Assembly (NCBI GenBank): GCA_963976315.1
Contig: CAXBLH010000001.1
Span: 968-64,967 of the forward strand
Source: an uncultured Dyadobacter sp.
Lineage (GTDB): Bacteria; Bacteroidota; Bacteroidia; Cytophagales; Spirosomataceae
Reading direction: 5' to 3'
DNA: 64,000 nucleotides
Shown here: piece after piece, positions 1-9,302 of the stretch
Layout of the letters: every line of letters starts with the position of its first letter
Position numbering within the stretch: the first letter of the stretch is position 1
The notes under the pieces: model-generated
The model's database searches: none
What the model was told of the DNA's origin: nothing
Seen by the model: only the letters and a program-made list of their open reading frames with translations
Position numbers and translations under genes: made by a program

Positions 1-1044
1 ACCCGACATTTCGCTACCTACTGTTACGCCGCCATGTCCATGGTACACGATATTGTTTTTAATAATGAGGTTTTCACAGGGTACCCCACGGTCTCGCCCG
101 TCTTGGTCTTTTCCTGATTTTATACAAATCGCATCGTCGCCCACATCGAAACTGGAATTTTCAATGATCACGTTTTTGCAAGACTCCACGTCCAACCCAT
201 CACCATTTTGCGAATACCAGGGGTTTCTAACGGTTACGTTTCTTACAATAAGGTCTTCGACCATTAAGGGGTGCAGACACCAAGCAGGGGAGTTTTGAAA
301 TACCGGGCCATCAAATTTTACCCTTTTTGAGTTTTGAATACTTACCATCACCGGACGAAGGAAATCTCTGATCGCCTGGAACTCTGCTTTGGTTTTTAAT
401 TCCAATCGCACATTTTGGTCTGCGCCATTAGCACCCTCTTTAAACTGCTGCGACGGAAACCAGTTTTGATTTTTTTCATCTACTAAGCCACCTGATGCCA
501 CCAATTTTTTCCATTCTGTTTCAGTCAATTTACTCCTTTTTACACTTCGCCACGCTTCACCGGATCCATCCCAAACACCAGTACCAGTAAAGGCAACGTT
601 TTCTAGGTCTTTACCATAGATTGGGGAAATGCACCGCCAAGTATTCAACCCTTCAAAGCTGGTTTCAATAATAGGGTAAAGATCCTTATCCGTTGAAAAG
701 CGAATCAGAGCGCCCGCCGAAGCGTAAATTTCGATGTTACTTTTAAGTATTATAGGTCCTGTTAGCCAAATACCTGCTGGTATTACCACTTTTCCGCCTC
801 CTTTTTTTGATAAGGCATCTATCGCATCGGCTAGGGCTTTGGTATTCAAAAAATCTCCACCACTTTTCGCCCCGAAGTCTTTTATATTGACGGTGTTCTT
901 AGGAATTACGGGTTCCTTTACCAACGCCATTTTAAATTCAATGTCTTGGTACAGCGCAACCTTTTTGCTGGTTTGAGCCGATACACCATTCGCTATCAGC
1001 ATAGCTAGTAGGGTAATGACAGTTGTAATTTTTTTTGATCTCAT
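1..1044 (-). CDS. GH28 polygalacturonase-family glycoside hydrolase (3' end runs off the window)
   Basis: Not in the ORF track; manual minus-strand translation from ATG at 1044 gives signal peptide MRSKKITTVITLLAMLIANGVSAQ, then NIKDFGA..GGGKVVIPAGIWLTGPI and GH28 motifs QNGDGLD, VGDDAICIKSG, GHGGVTVGSE. Confidence 0.92.
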   Translation of the reverse strand, partial: MRSKKITTVITLLAMLIANGVSAQTSKKVALYQDIEFKMALVKEPVIPKNTVNIKDFGAKSGGDFLNTKALADAIDALSKKGGGKVVIPAGIWLTGPIILKSNIEIYASAGALIRFSTDKDLYPIIETSFEGLNTWRCISPIYGKDLENVAFTGTGVWDGSGEAWRSVKRSKLTETEWKKLVASGGLVDEKNQNWFPSQQFKEGANGADQNVRLELKTKAEFQAIRDFLRPVMVSIQNSKRVKFDGPVFQNSPAWCLHPLMVEDLIVRNVTVRNPWYSQNGDGLDVESCKNVIIENSSFDVGDDAICIKSGKDQDGRDRGVPCENLIIKNNIVYHGHGGVTVGSEMSG

Positions 1045-1104
1045 TTTGCTAAATTATTGGAGTTCACTTTTCGTGATAAGCGTTTTAGTAGATAAAGTAT
1101 TTGA

Positions 1105-2550
1105 CTAAGGAACAATGTTTACAATGATCCTTTTATAGCTGGATAGTCGCGGTTCTCCCTTGTCGGTTACTTTTAAAATAAAATGGGTAGTAACGGGTTT
1201 CTCCACTTTGGGAGCAACAAAATAGGCGCTATGCACATTTTCGACACCGTTAATATTTACCGACTTTTGGTAAGTGCCTGCTTCCGCATAATTGAACCAA
1301 AGGAAACTCAATGCATCGCCATCCGGATCAACGGTATCGAATGCATTCAATCCGAATCCTTGTCCAGACTTAACCGTTATATTTTCTGGATGTTTCAATA
1401 CGATCGTGGGAGCGTGATTTGCTTCTGAATAGGATTTGGTGCACCAATCCATACGGGCAGCAAAATCGTTTTGGAAATCGTCTCTCCAGCGCCATAAGGT
1501 AACCTTGTCATTGGTAAAAGTAGCAGTATCTTTTTTTACGGCACGGCCATATTCACTGGGGATATAAGGCGTGTAACTATCGATGGCGTCGGTCCAAATA
1601 GGTCGGGTTTCAGGAACACATATTACCTTCGAGCCACCTTCTTTTACTTTGGAAAAATCGGGTTTGTATAGTTCGTATCGGCCACCCCATCCGCCCCATT
1701 CTGGGTGTTCCGCGTTATTAAGTCCGTTGGGAATAAGTGATAAAAATGCGGGTGTGTCGCCTTCTACGCCCCATGCTACGTCGGGGTAATGCTGTCCGAG
1801 TGCTCCATGGTTTTGCTGTATATTTTCGGTAATCCAGCTATTGCTAATTTTCGAATTGTTTATTCCTTTAAAAAAGCCGTTAATACCGGTCCAGGTGGCT
1901 GCGCCGTAGTCGTCGCCTGGGCTCACGATATAAAACAAATCGGGGAAATTGTTTCTAATCCAAATACCAGAATCGTCTTGGTCAGAAATGGTATATACCC
2001 TTATTTTGTCAATCAGCTTCTTAGCTTCTGCAGGGCTTTTGGTCTTTTTTATTTTGAACAAAGATTGCGCCAAGGTATTCACGCCACCCCACACAGAAAT
2101 CCAAAGTGGACGGTCGTCATTGGCTTCCAATTCTTTAATGATCCAATCCGAACCTTCCGAATCTTTCCCGTCGCCAACACCCAGCATCCCGTATAACGGA
2201 AGGCCATTTTTAACCAGAGCCATTAGTTCTGCCGATTGAGGGAAACCTGCCTCATGTTTTAAGAGATTAGGCTGCACTTTGTCATAGGCTCTAATTATTT
2301 TTTTAATCGATTCAGGTTCTATTCGGTTATCCAACCAGCAAGAAGTGGTGGCTACAATACCTTGAATATCAATTTGATTGGAGTATAGTAACAAACGTAT
2401 AAGCGATTGCGTGTCATCTACATCTGCTTCAATATCCGTTAAAATGATAACTCTGTTTTTTTGGATCGGTTGGGCAGTAACCCTTATTCCAATGGCAAGA
2501 AGGAGGGTAAGCAGGGTTAGGCGAAGAGACGTGAGTGATTTTGTGGTCAT
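1105..2550 (-). CDS. DUF1593 / Sde182-like nucleoside-hydrolase-fold protein with C-terminal Ig/PKD-like domain, signal peptide (paralog 1)
   Basis: RVIILTDIEADVDDTQSLIRLLLYSN, VWGGVNTLAQ, ISDQDD, EGDTP, GGWGGRY, FQNDFAARMDW, DPDGD. Confidence 0.88.
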   Translation of the reverse strand: MTTKSLTSLRLTLLTLLLAIGIRVTAQPIQKNRVIILTDIEADVDDTQSLIRLLLYSNQIDIQGIVATTSCWLDNRIEPESIKKIIRAYDKVQPNLLKHEAGFPQSAELMALVKNGLPLYGMLGVGDGKDSEGSDWIIKELEANDDRPLWISVWGGVNTLAQSLFKIKKTKSPAEAKKLIDKIRVYTISDQDDSGIWIRNNFPDLFYIVSPGDDYGAATWTGINGFFKGINNSKISNSWITENIQQNHGALGQHYPDVAWGVEGDTPAFLSLIPNGLNNAEHPEWGGWGGRYELYKPDFSKVKEGGSKVICVPETRPIWTDAIDSYTPYIPSEYGRAVKKDTATFTNDKVTLWRWRDDFQNDFAARMDWCTKSYSEANHAPTIVLKHPENITVKSGQGFGLNAFDTVDPDGDALSFLWFNYAEAGTYQKSVNINGVENVHSAYFVAPKVEKPVTTHFILKVTDKGEPRLSSYKRIIVNIVP

Positions 2551-2579
2551 GTTTTGCTTAGGACTATGATTTGATTATC

Positions 2580-3671
2580 TTAATTAAGGTGTTTTTGTTG
2601 CCATGCAGGGTAGGCTTGTAAGGCTCGTGCGGGTCGGGAGGTATACCAGCTATAACCGTTTCTGCGTTCATAACCGATTTCGGACAGGGCACTTTTTTTG
2701 ATACCATCTCTATCGCAGAAGTAAGGTTTTTCAGTATTTAAATCATAAAAACGAGCCCAGAGAGGAGTGGCGTTTTTATCCTTTACCACAATCCGGTTTT
2801 TGGTGTTCTGTGCTGTCATTTCGGTTTCTACTTTTATTCCTTCAATTTTATGCGAATCAAACCAAGTAACAGCACCTTTGATGGCCTCTTTTGTCCGCTG
2901 ATTGGGGTGCTCTATTTGCATTAAAAGTTCTAAAATTCCAACCGACTCACTGCCACTGAAGGAAGGTAATTCGTAACTCCGGGCTTTGGCAGGTAATAGG
3001 GTTTTTTCATCATGTTGGGCGCACCAGACTGTTGGTTTACCTGCTACTTTTATTTGGGTGTCCAAAAAGCATTCAACGCCCTTTTCATAGGATTGAAGGG
3101 CTTTGTTTTTGGTTTTCGGACTGATGTGTAGTGCCATCAATTCGGGGTCGTTTTGATAGACCCTTTTTAAGAAATTCATGATATTAACCATTGCATCGTC
3201 ATTATAAGTAATATGACCAGAATAGCTCACACTGCCCGTTCGTACGGGATAAAATTGTGGCCATCCTCCATTACTATACTGAGAAACAAAAATATAGTTC
3301 AGCGCCTTTTCGAAAGCATTTTTATAGCTTTCTATTTGCGATTGAGAATATACTTTGGCTAAAAAAAGCATTTCGGTGGTGGTAGCGCCATTGTCGAAGG
3401 TAGCCCCAATATCATTTTTTGAGCTTTGATAATGTTCTTGCTCTTCTTGGGTAAATGGTTTATGGTAAGGCTTGTTTTTCTCCCACCCACCAATAGTCTT
3501 CTGGGCAAGTAATACGTTATTGGCAATTGTTTTTGCCTCTGAGGAACCGTACCAAGTTATGGGCATTTTAGTGGCTACGTCATGCCAGCTTTTACCATCG
3601 ATTTGCCCAAATGCACCATGTATAGTGAACAGTATCAGTGCACAAAGGTAGGTTTGTCTATTTTTTCTCAT
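2580..3671 (-). CDS. pelA: Pectate lyase, family PL10 (PelA/Pel-15E type)
   Basis: ATFDNGATTTE, QYSNGGWPQFYP, ITYNDDAM, WCAQHD, PAKARSYELPS, WARFY, ERRNGYSW; signal peptide. Confidence 0.92.
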   Translation of the reverse strand: MRKNRQTYLCALILFTIHGAFGQIDGKSWHDVATKMPITWYGSSEAKTIANNVLLAQKTIGGWEKNKPYHKPFTQEEQEHYQSSKNDIGATFDNGATTTEMLFLAKVYSQSQIESYKNAFEKALNYIFVSQYSNGGWPQFYPVRTGSVSYSGHITYNDDAMVNIMNFLKRVYQNDPELMALHISPKTKNKALQSYEKGVECFLDTQIKVAGKPTVWCAQHDEKTLLPAKARSYELPSFSGSESVGILELLMQIEHPNQRTKEAIKGAVTWFDSHKIEGIKVETEMTAQNTKNRIVVKDKNATPLWARFYDLNTEKPYFCDRDGIKKSALSEIGYERRNGYSWYTSRPARALQAYPAWQQKHLN

Positions 3672-3841
3672 GTCTTTGTAAGTATATCAATATCTTTATT
3701 TACCTTAAAAATTATATAAATCCTTCTATATCCTGAATCGCATTGCATGGCTATTACTCCTTGTCAACAATTTGATGTAAAATCGTTTTCAGGAATGGCC
3801 TGATAGTCGACGGAATTACCAAACTTCTTTAAAAAAAACTA

Positions 3842-5149
3842 CTATTCTTTAATATAGGCCCACCTTTTTGCCCAGTCGGTGAGGTAATCGGTTCTAAATT
3901 TTGAGATGGTACGGGCACCTTGCTGATCCTTAAGGAATAGCGCTGGATGGGGTTGGTCGCCATACCAATTCGGCCCAAGTTTGTAATCGTTTTTATCGGG
4001 TTTTCCTGGCCAAGGTGCAGTACTTACATATTGTCCCTTTAGCTTATCAAGTTGAGATATTGAACTGTGTGTTACATACTTTCCCGATTCTGGTTTTTTG
4101 GAGGAATACCTTGCAGCATAAATTCCGTTCCCAAGATAGAACCCAGGCCATTTTTGATTTTGAATTTCAAGGGTAAAGCATATTGAGTCTGCGGGAATTT
4201 GTAATTTTGGGCCTGTAAAATGCCATTCGATCACGTCATAAGCTGCTACGGTATCCACGGCATTGGAGTTCCCCTTTAAAATATGTCTTGGGCTTGCCTT
4301 GATTTTGGTAAACTGTCCGCCCCAGCTTTCACTCGTGGGGTCGTTGGGATCTCCATTCATCAGATAGGCTAGGGAAGGGGTATCGCCCATTTTAATATGA
4401 CCTTTATAATGGTTTACAAAATTGGCACCCATCGCACCATGTCCCTTGATGAAATGATCATAGTAGGCACCTTCACTCATGTTTTTAGGGGCATTTTCAT
4501 CCTCCATAAACCAGCCTCTATAGGTGGCATTGGCTTCTATCATCCATAAATTGGGGTGATGTTCCGCTATATAAGCATAAGCGTTTACACTCCATTTTTT
4601 ATTGGGGCCACCTATCCAGTATACCCGGATGTTGTTTTCGATCTCGGGTGCGTCATGAAGGGCTTGGGCTACATCTTCTATTCCACCCCATACCAATACC
4701 CATAAAGGTTGTTTGCTTTCCTTTTTGGCGCAAGAAATAATCCATTCCGAGCCTTCGGTACCAGTGGTATAGCCCACAAAAGGAGCCTCTTTTTTTGCAC
4801 CTTGTTTGGTGATTTCTCGGAGAGCATTCGCGGAGTATAAGCCTTCTAAATGTTGTGCCAGTTGTGGCCGGTCTTTTTCATAGAGGTCTATCATATCGAG
4901 AAAGTCCTGTTTGCTACCATTGCCAAATGGCGACGAAATGAGGCCTTCCAGCTGAAATAAGTCGGAATACATCATCAGGTGTATCATCGACTGGAAGTCA
5001 TCTGGGTCTGTACCACCAATATCTGAGCTCACGATCACACGAGGCTTCTCCTCTTTATATGCTGAGGCATTACACTGAAAAAACAAGACTGAGCAGACTA
5101 GTATTACTAACTGAATTATAGGAAACGTATACTGTTGTTTTCTTGCCAT
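3842..5149 (-). CDS. DUF1593 nucleoside-hydrolase-fold protein with a different C-terminal domain (paralog 2)
   Basis: RVIVSSDIGGTDPDDFQSMIHLMMYSD, LVWGG, WIGGPNKKW, KMGDTPS, SWGG; hydrophobic N-terminus. Confidence 0.85.
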   Translation of the reverse strand: MARKQQYTFPIIQLVILVCSVLFFQCNASAYKEEKPRVIVSSDIGGTDPDDFQSMIHLMMYSDLFQLEGLISSPFGNGSKQDFLDMIDLYEKDRPQLAQHLEGLYSANALREITKQGAKKEAPFVGYTTGTEGSEWIISCAKKESKQPLWVLVWGGIEDVAQALHDAPEIENNIRVYWIGGPNKKWSVNAYAYIAEHHPNLWMIEANATYRGWFMEDENAPKNMSEGAYYDHFIKGHGAMGANFVNHYKGHIKMGDTPSLAYLMNGDPNDPTSESWGGQFTKIKASPRHILKGNSNAVDTVAAYDVIEWHFTGPKLQIPADSICFTLEIQNQKWPGFYLGNGIYAARYSSKKPESGKYVTHSSISQLDKLKGQYVSTAPWPGKPDKNDYKLGPNWYGDQPHPALFLKDQQGARTISKFRTDYLTDWAKRWAYIKE

Positions 5150-5272
5150 GAAATTGTACTTAATTAGTCTTTTGTTTTCTTTTAGAGGAACGAATATACA
5201 TAAAAAGAAAAATAAACGAAGAGAAAAGTAAAAAAAAGAAAGAAAAATTAGGATTAATAGTGCTGAAAGGTA

Positions 5273-5280
5273 TACTTTTG
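5273..5280 (+). promoter_or_regulatory. Bacteroidota primary-sigma -7 element (TAnnTTTG) for the rightward pectin operon
   Basis: TACTTTTG in the divergent intergenic region, about 185 nt upstream of ATG 5465. Confidence 0.45.
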
Positions 5281-5464
5281 TCTTGAAAGTATGTAATTAT
5301 TCAGAGTCTTTTCGATGATAACCAATTGACATTGAGTTGTTTGGAATCAAAATCAATTATAATTAGGAAAAATAACTGAGGAATGTGGGTGCTCTCCAAA
5401 TGGATGCTCCTCTTACTTTGAAGCTCAAAAGGCATATTTGGTATTTAATCAATGCGATAGGGAG

Positions 5465-6898
5465 ATGAAAATTAGTTATAATAAAATATATTCCGTTTGT
5501 ATTTTCTTCGTTGGCCTTTTTCTGAATGGGTCAAATACTTTTGCCCAGAAAGGAAAAGTAGTCGAAAGGACTCGGGTCTTAGTAACCTCTGACGGTGAAA
5601 TAGATGATGAATGTTCCTTCGTTCGTTTTTTATTGTATGCCAATGAATGGGATATTGAAGGAATAGTTACCACCAGTTCGCAATACCACTGGCGAGGTCA
5701 CAAATGGGCGGGAGACGACTGGGCACAACCGTATCTAAAAGCCTATGAGGAAGTTTATCCCAATTTGTTAAAACATGACCAACGCTATCCCTCTCCCGAA
5801 TATTTACAGTCCCGAACACTATTAGGTAATGTAGCATCAGAAGGTGAAATGGATGAAAAATCTCCGGGTTCCGAACTGATCGTAAGGGTGCTTTTGGATG
5901 AAACCGACCACCGACCCATTTGGCTACAAGCTTGGGGAGGCACCAATACCATTGCACGTGCGCTGAAAACCATCGAAGAGCAACATCCTGAAAAGATGGA
6001 ATATGTAGCCTCAAAAATACGCTTGTATCTAATTTGGGAACAAGATGAAACCTATCAGCAATATATTAAACCCCACTGGGGTAAGTACAATATACTCACC
6101 ATTATCTCGGATCAGTTTATTGCCTATTTCTATAATTGGAAACAGTTTTTACCCAAAGAGCAGCAGCAGTATTTGGTGGGTTCCTGGATGAAAAATAACA
6201 TACTGACAGAACATGGTGCTTTGTGTTCACTTTATAAAGCCAACGAAAATGGGGATTTTAGATCAGAAGGCGACTCTCCCGCTTTTTTACATACCATTCC
6301 TACTGGTTTGCGCAGTATGGAATCGCCGGATTTTGGTGGCTGGGGGGGCAGGTATGTTAAAATTAGAGCCAATACCTGGATGGATAAGGTGGACGAACAT
6401 GATTATGAGTATCCAGAAGGCAGGTGGTGGACTAAAAATGCCTGGGGAAGGAATCGGATGAAACTGGAAATTCCAAATGATACCCTTTTAACCAATTATA
6501 TGAAACCCATGTGGCAATGGATTGGGGCGATTCAAAATGATTTCGCAGCTCGGGCAGACTGGTGTGTAAATACTTTTGAAAATGCCAACCATCCACCTTC
6601 TGTACTACTGAAAACCCAATTGGATTTACAAGCAAAGGCGGGTCAAAGCATAATGTTAGATGCTAAAGGTACTAGGGATCCAGACGGCGACAGGCTCCAC
6701 TATAAATGGTGGCAATATCAAGAGGCAGGCACTTATCAAGGAGTAGTAAAAATCCCTAATTCTGAAAAACAAAGAACCTCATTTAGGATTCCCCAAAATG
6801 CAAAAAAGGGTGATACCATTTCAGTTATTTGCGAAGTAAGTGATAACGGGACACCAAGTCTTACAAGATACCAACGGGTAATTATCACTATTAAATAA
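5465..6898 (+). CDS. DUF1593 nucleoside-hydrolase-fold protein, signal peptide (paralog 3)
   Basis: ATG at 5465 (MKISYNK) gives a clean signal peptide; VTSDGEIDDECSFVRFLLYAN, AWGGTNTIARAL, SEGDSP, GGWGGRY, QNDFAARADW, DPDGD. Confidence 0.88.
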   Translation: MKISYNKIYSVCIFFVGLFLNGSNTFAQKGKVVERTRVLVTSDGEIDDECSFVRFLLYANEWDIEGIVTTSSQYHWRGHKWAGDDWAQPYLKAYEEVYPNLLKHDQRYPSPEYLQSRTLLGNVASEGEMDEKSPGSELIVRVLLDETDHRPIWLQAWGGTNTIARALKTIEEQHPEKMEYVASKIRLYLIWEQDETYQQYIKPHWGKYNILTIISDQFIAYFYNWKQFLPKEQQQYLVGSWMKNNILTEHGALCSLYKANENGDFRSEGDSPAFLHTIPTGLRSMESPDFGGWGGRYVKIRANTWMDKVDEHDYEYPEGRWWTKNAWGRNRMKLEIPNDTLLTNYMKPMWQWIGAIQNDFAARADWCVNTFENANHPPSVLLKTQLDLQAKAGQSIMLDAKGTRDPDGDRLHYKWWQYQEAGTYQGVVKIPNSEKQRTSFRIPQNAKKGDTISVICEVSDNGTPSLTRYQRVIITIK

Positions 6899-7756
6899 AT
6901 GAAATACAGCATAATAGCACTTTTGCTGGGGTTAAGTATTTGCTCGAAAAACGGTCAAGCACAGGGTCTTGGATTCTTGCAACGTGACGTGAAATATGGC
7001 AGTGTTTCAGGAGAAGATCTTCTTTTGGATGTCCATTCACCTCCTGCTCATGGGCTCTCCCCAATCGCTATTTACGTGCATGGTGGCGGCTGGACAGGTG
7101 GGGATAAGGCTAATACGGGTGATGCGCCTATATTAGAAATGCTTACCAGAGCAGGCTTCACCTGGTTTTCTATCAATTACCGACTGGCCCCCAAATACCG
7201 TTGGCCGGCTTGTGAGGTTGATGTGCAAATGGCTATTCGCTGGGTGAAAGCCAACGGATTGAAATACAAGGGAGACACTTCTCGTATCGTACTCATAGGT
7301 TATTCGGCAGGTGGTCACTTGGCAACTTATGCCCCTACGGTCGTAGATGAAGGTATTCGGGTGCAGGCGCTTGTTGGCTTTTCGCCACTTACGGATTTCG
7401 TACAGGAGCTACCGATGCGCGGTAATATTCTGGGCAGAGCACAACGTGGCCTGCTTAATCGTCCAGAAAAAATAACACCTGAATCGTTGGGGATGTTAAA
7501 AGCCCTTTCTCCAATTAACCATATTCGTCCGGGTATGCCTCCATTTTTAATAGTACATGGCGATGCCGATCAGTCGGTTCCCTTTGCACAAACACTGGCC
7601 TTTCAATCCAAATTACGAGAAAATGGTGTTCGTTGTGATGTGATTACTATACCCAAAGCACCCCATAATATTACAGTATGGAATTCCTATATGCCGGATT
7701 ACAGTAATCAAGTGATTGCTTGGATGAAAGAGGTATTGCGCTCAAAAAATAAATAA
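6899..7756 (+). CDS. Secreted alpha/beta-hydrolase (HSL-type carboxylesterase; probable carbohydrate esterase)
   Basis: HGGGW oxyanion motif, GYSAGG nucleophile, HGDADQSVP acid, C-terminal His (APH); starts directly after the paralog 3 stop codon. Confidence 0.85.
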   Translation: MKYSIIALLLGLSICSKNGQAQGLGFLQRDVKYGSVSGEDLLLDVHSPPAHGLSPIAIYVHGGGWTGGDKANTGDAPILEMLTRAGFTWFSINYRLAPKYRWPACEVDVQMAIRWVKANGLKYKGDTSRIVLIGYSAGGHLATYAPTVVDEGIRVQALVGFSPLTDFVQELPMRGNILGRAQRGLLNRPEKITPESLGMLKALSPINHIRPGMPPFLIVHGDADQSVPFAQTLAFQSKLRENGVRCDVITIPKAPHNITVWNSYMPDYSNQVIAWMKEVLRSKNK

Positions 7757-7802
7757 TGGAGACCGAAAGAAAATTAATTATCATTTAACCATAAACGAAA
7801 TT

Positions 7803-9206
7803 ATGAATAAAATAAAAACATTATTTCTGTTGACTTTGACGATCGTGGGGTTCGCAGGTTATGCGCAGCAACTGGCTTTTCCGACTGCTGAAGGCTACGG
7901 AAAGTATACAAAGGGTGGCCGTGGTGGAACGGTATATGAAGTTACCAACTTAAACGATAGTGGAAAGGGCAGTTTACGTGCAGCGGTAGAAGCAACGGAG
8001 CCACGGACTGTTGTGTTTAGGTTGTCTGGTACCATACAGTTGGAAAGTGCCTTGAGAATTAAAAGTCCTTTTATAACTATTGCCGGTCAGACGGCCCCAG
8101 GGGATGGGATTTGTCTTAAAAAACATCCGTTGATAATTGAAGCGGATCAGGTAATTATTAGGTACCTGAGGGTAAGGTTAGGCAACGAGTCCGGTAATGA
8201 TGACGATGCGGTGTCGAGCAGGTATACCAAAAACATCATTTTGGATCACATTTCGGCCAGTTGGAGTGTAGATGAGACCATGTCCATTTATCATTGCGAT
8301 AGTGTTACCGTGCAGTGGTGTATTGTTTCAGAAAGTATGTTTAACTCTAACCACATCAAAGGAGCGCATGGTTTTGGAGGAATATGGGGTTCTAATTTTG
8401 GTAGCTATCACCATAATCTAATAGCCAACCACGGTAGTCGCAACCCACGGATGGCGTCTGGTTCTGGGTACATGGATTATCGGAATAATGTAGTTTATAA
8501 TTGGGGGTATAACAGCTGCTACGGTGGAGAAAACCAGCAGGTAGGTAATCCTAAGTTTGCAGTTTCGAGATTTAATATGGTGGCTAATTACTATAAGCCC
8601 GGGCCAGGTACAGAGCCGGGAGAAAATTCCTCTCGCATAGCAGCCCCCTCCATGCGAGGCACCACTGATGACTTTGGAAAGTGGTATGTAGCGGAGAATA
8701 TAATGGCAGGCAATGAAAGTGTTTCGGCCGATAACTGGAATGGTGGTGTGCAACCATCTGGTGGCGCAAAGAACTTGAAATACGTAAAAATGGACAAACC
8801 TTGGGAAGCGATGCCAATTAAGCAGCAAACCGCTGAGCAGGCATATCATTTGGTGCTTGCCAATGCAGGAGCAGTTTTACCGAAACGTGATATTGTGGAC
8901 TCTCGTATCGTGGAAGAAGCCAAAAATGGCATCAATACCTATGAAGGTGGATCTTATAAAAAGGGTAGGGAAATCGGTAATCCGGCAGCCAAATCTGGAA
9001 TAATTGATACTCAAAATGATGTCGGTGGTTGGCCGTTATTGAAAAGTGCTACTGCTCCTAAGGATAGTGACCATGATGGGATACCGGATAATTGGGAAAA
9101 GAAACATGGCCTCAATGCAAATAACCCTAAAGATGGGAATCAATTGGATGCCAGTGGTTATACGATGTTAGAGAAATATTTGAATGATGACAAGGTAGGG
9201 CAATAA
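7803..9206 (+). CDS. Pectate lyase, family PL1
   Basis: AFPTAEGYG..TKGGRGG..VTNLNDSG.GSLR, TIAGQTAPGDGI, IILDHISASWSVDE, RNPR, C-terminal DSDHDGIPDNWE. Confidence 0.92.
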   Translation: MNKIKTLFLLTLTIVGFAGYAQQLAFPTAEGYGKYTKGGRGGTVYEVTNLNDSGKGSLRAAVEATEPRTVVFRLSGTIQLESALRIKSPFITIAGQTAPGDGICLKKHPLIIEADQVIIRYLRVRLGNESGNDDDAVSSRYTKNIILDHISASWSVDETMSIYHCDSVTVQWCIVSESMFNSNHIKGAHGFGGIWGSNFGSYHHNLIANHGSRNPRMASGSGYMDYRNNVVYNWGYNSCYGGENQQVGNPKFAVSRFNMVANYYKPGPGTEPGENSSRIAAPSMRGTTDDFGKWYVAENIMAGNESVSADNWNGGVQPSGGAKNLKYVKMDKPWEAMPIKQQTAEQAYHLVLANAGAVLPKRDIVDSRIVEEAKNGINTYEGGSYKKGREIGNPAAKSGIIDTQNDVGGWPLLKSATAPKDSDHDGIPDNWEKKHGLNANNPKDGNQLDASGYTMLEKYLNDDKVGQ

Positions 9207-9302
9207 ACGACGGGTAAGGAAAACTAGGAACTCGAAAAACTTAGTTTGCAGCCCAATACAGTAAGCGGGTTAATTTAAATTGGATACAAAACAGTATATC
9301 GT

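Noticed and set aside
53-976. Plus-strand ORFs 53-298 and 734-976
   Set aside because: Antisense shadows of the GH28 gene on the minus strand
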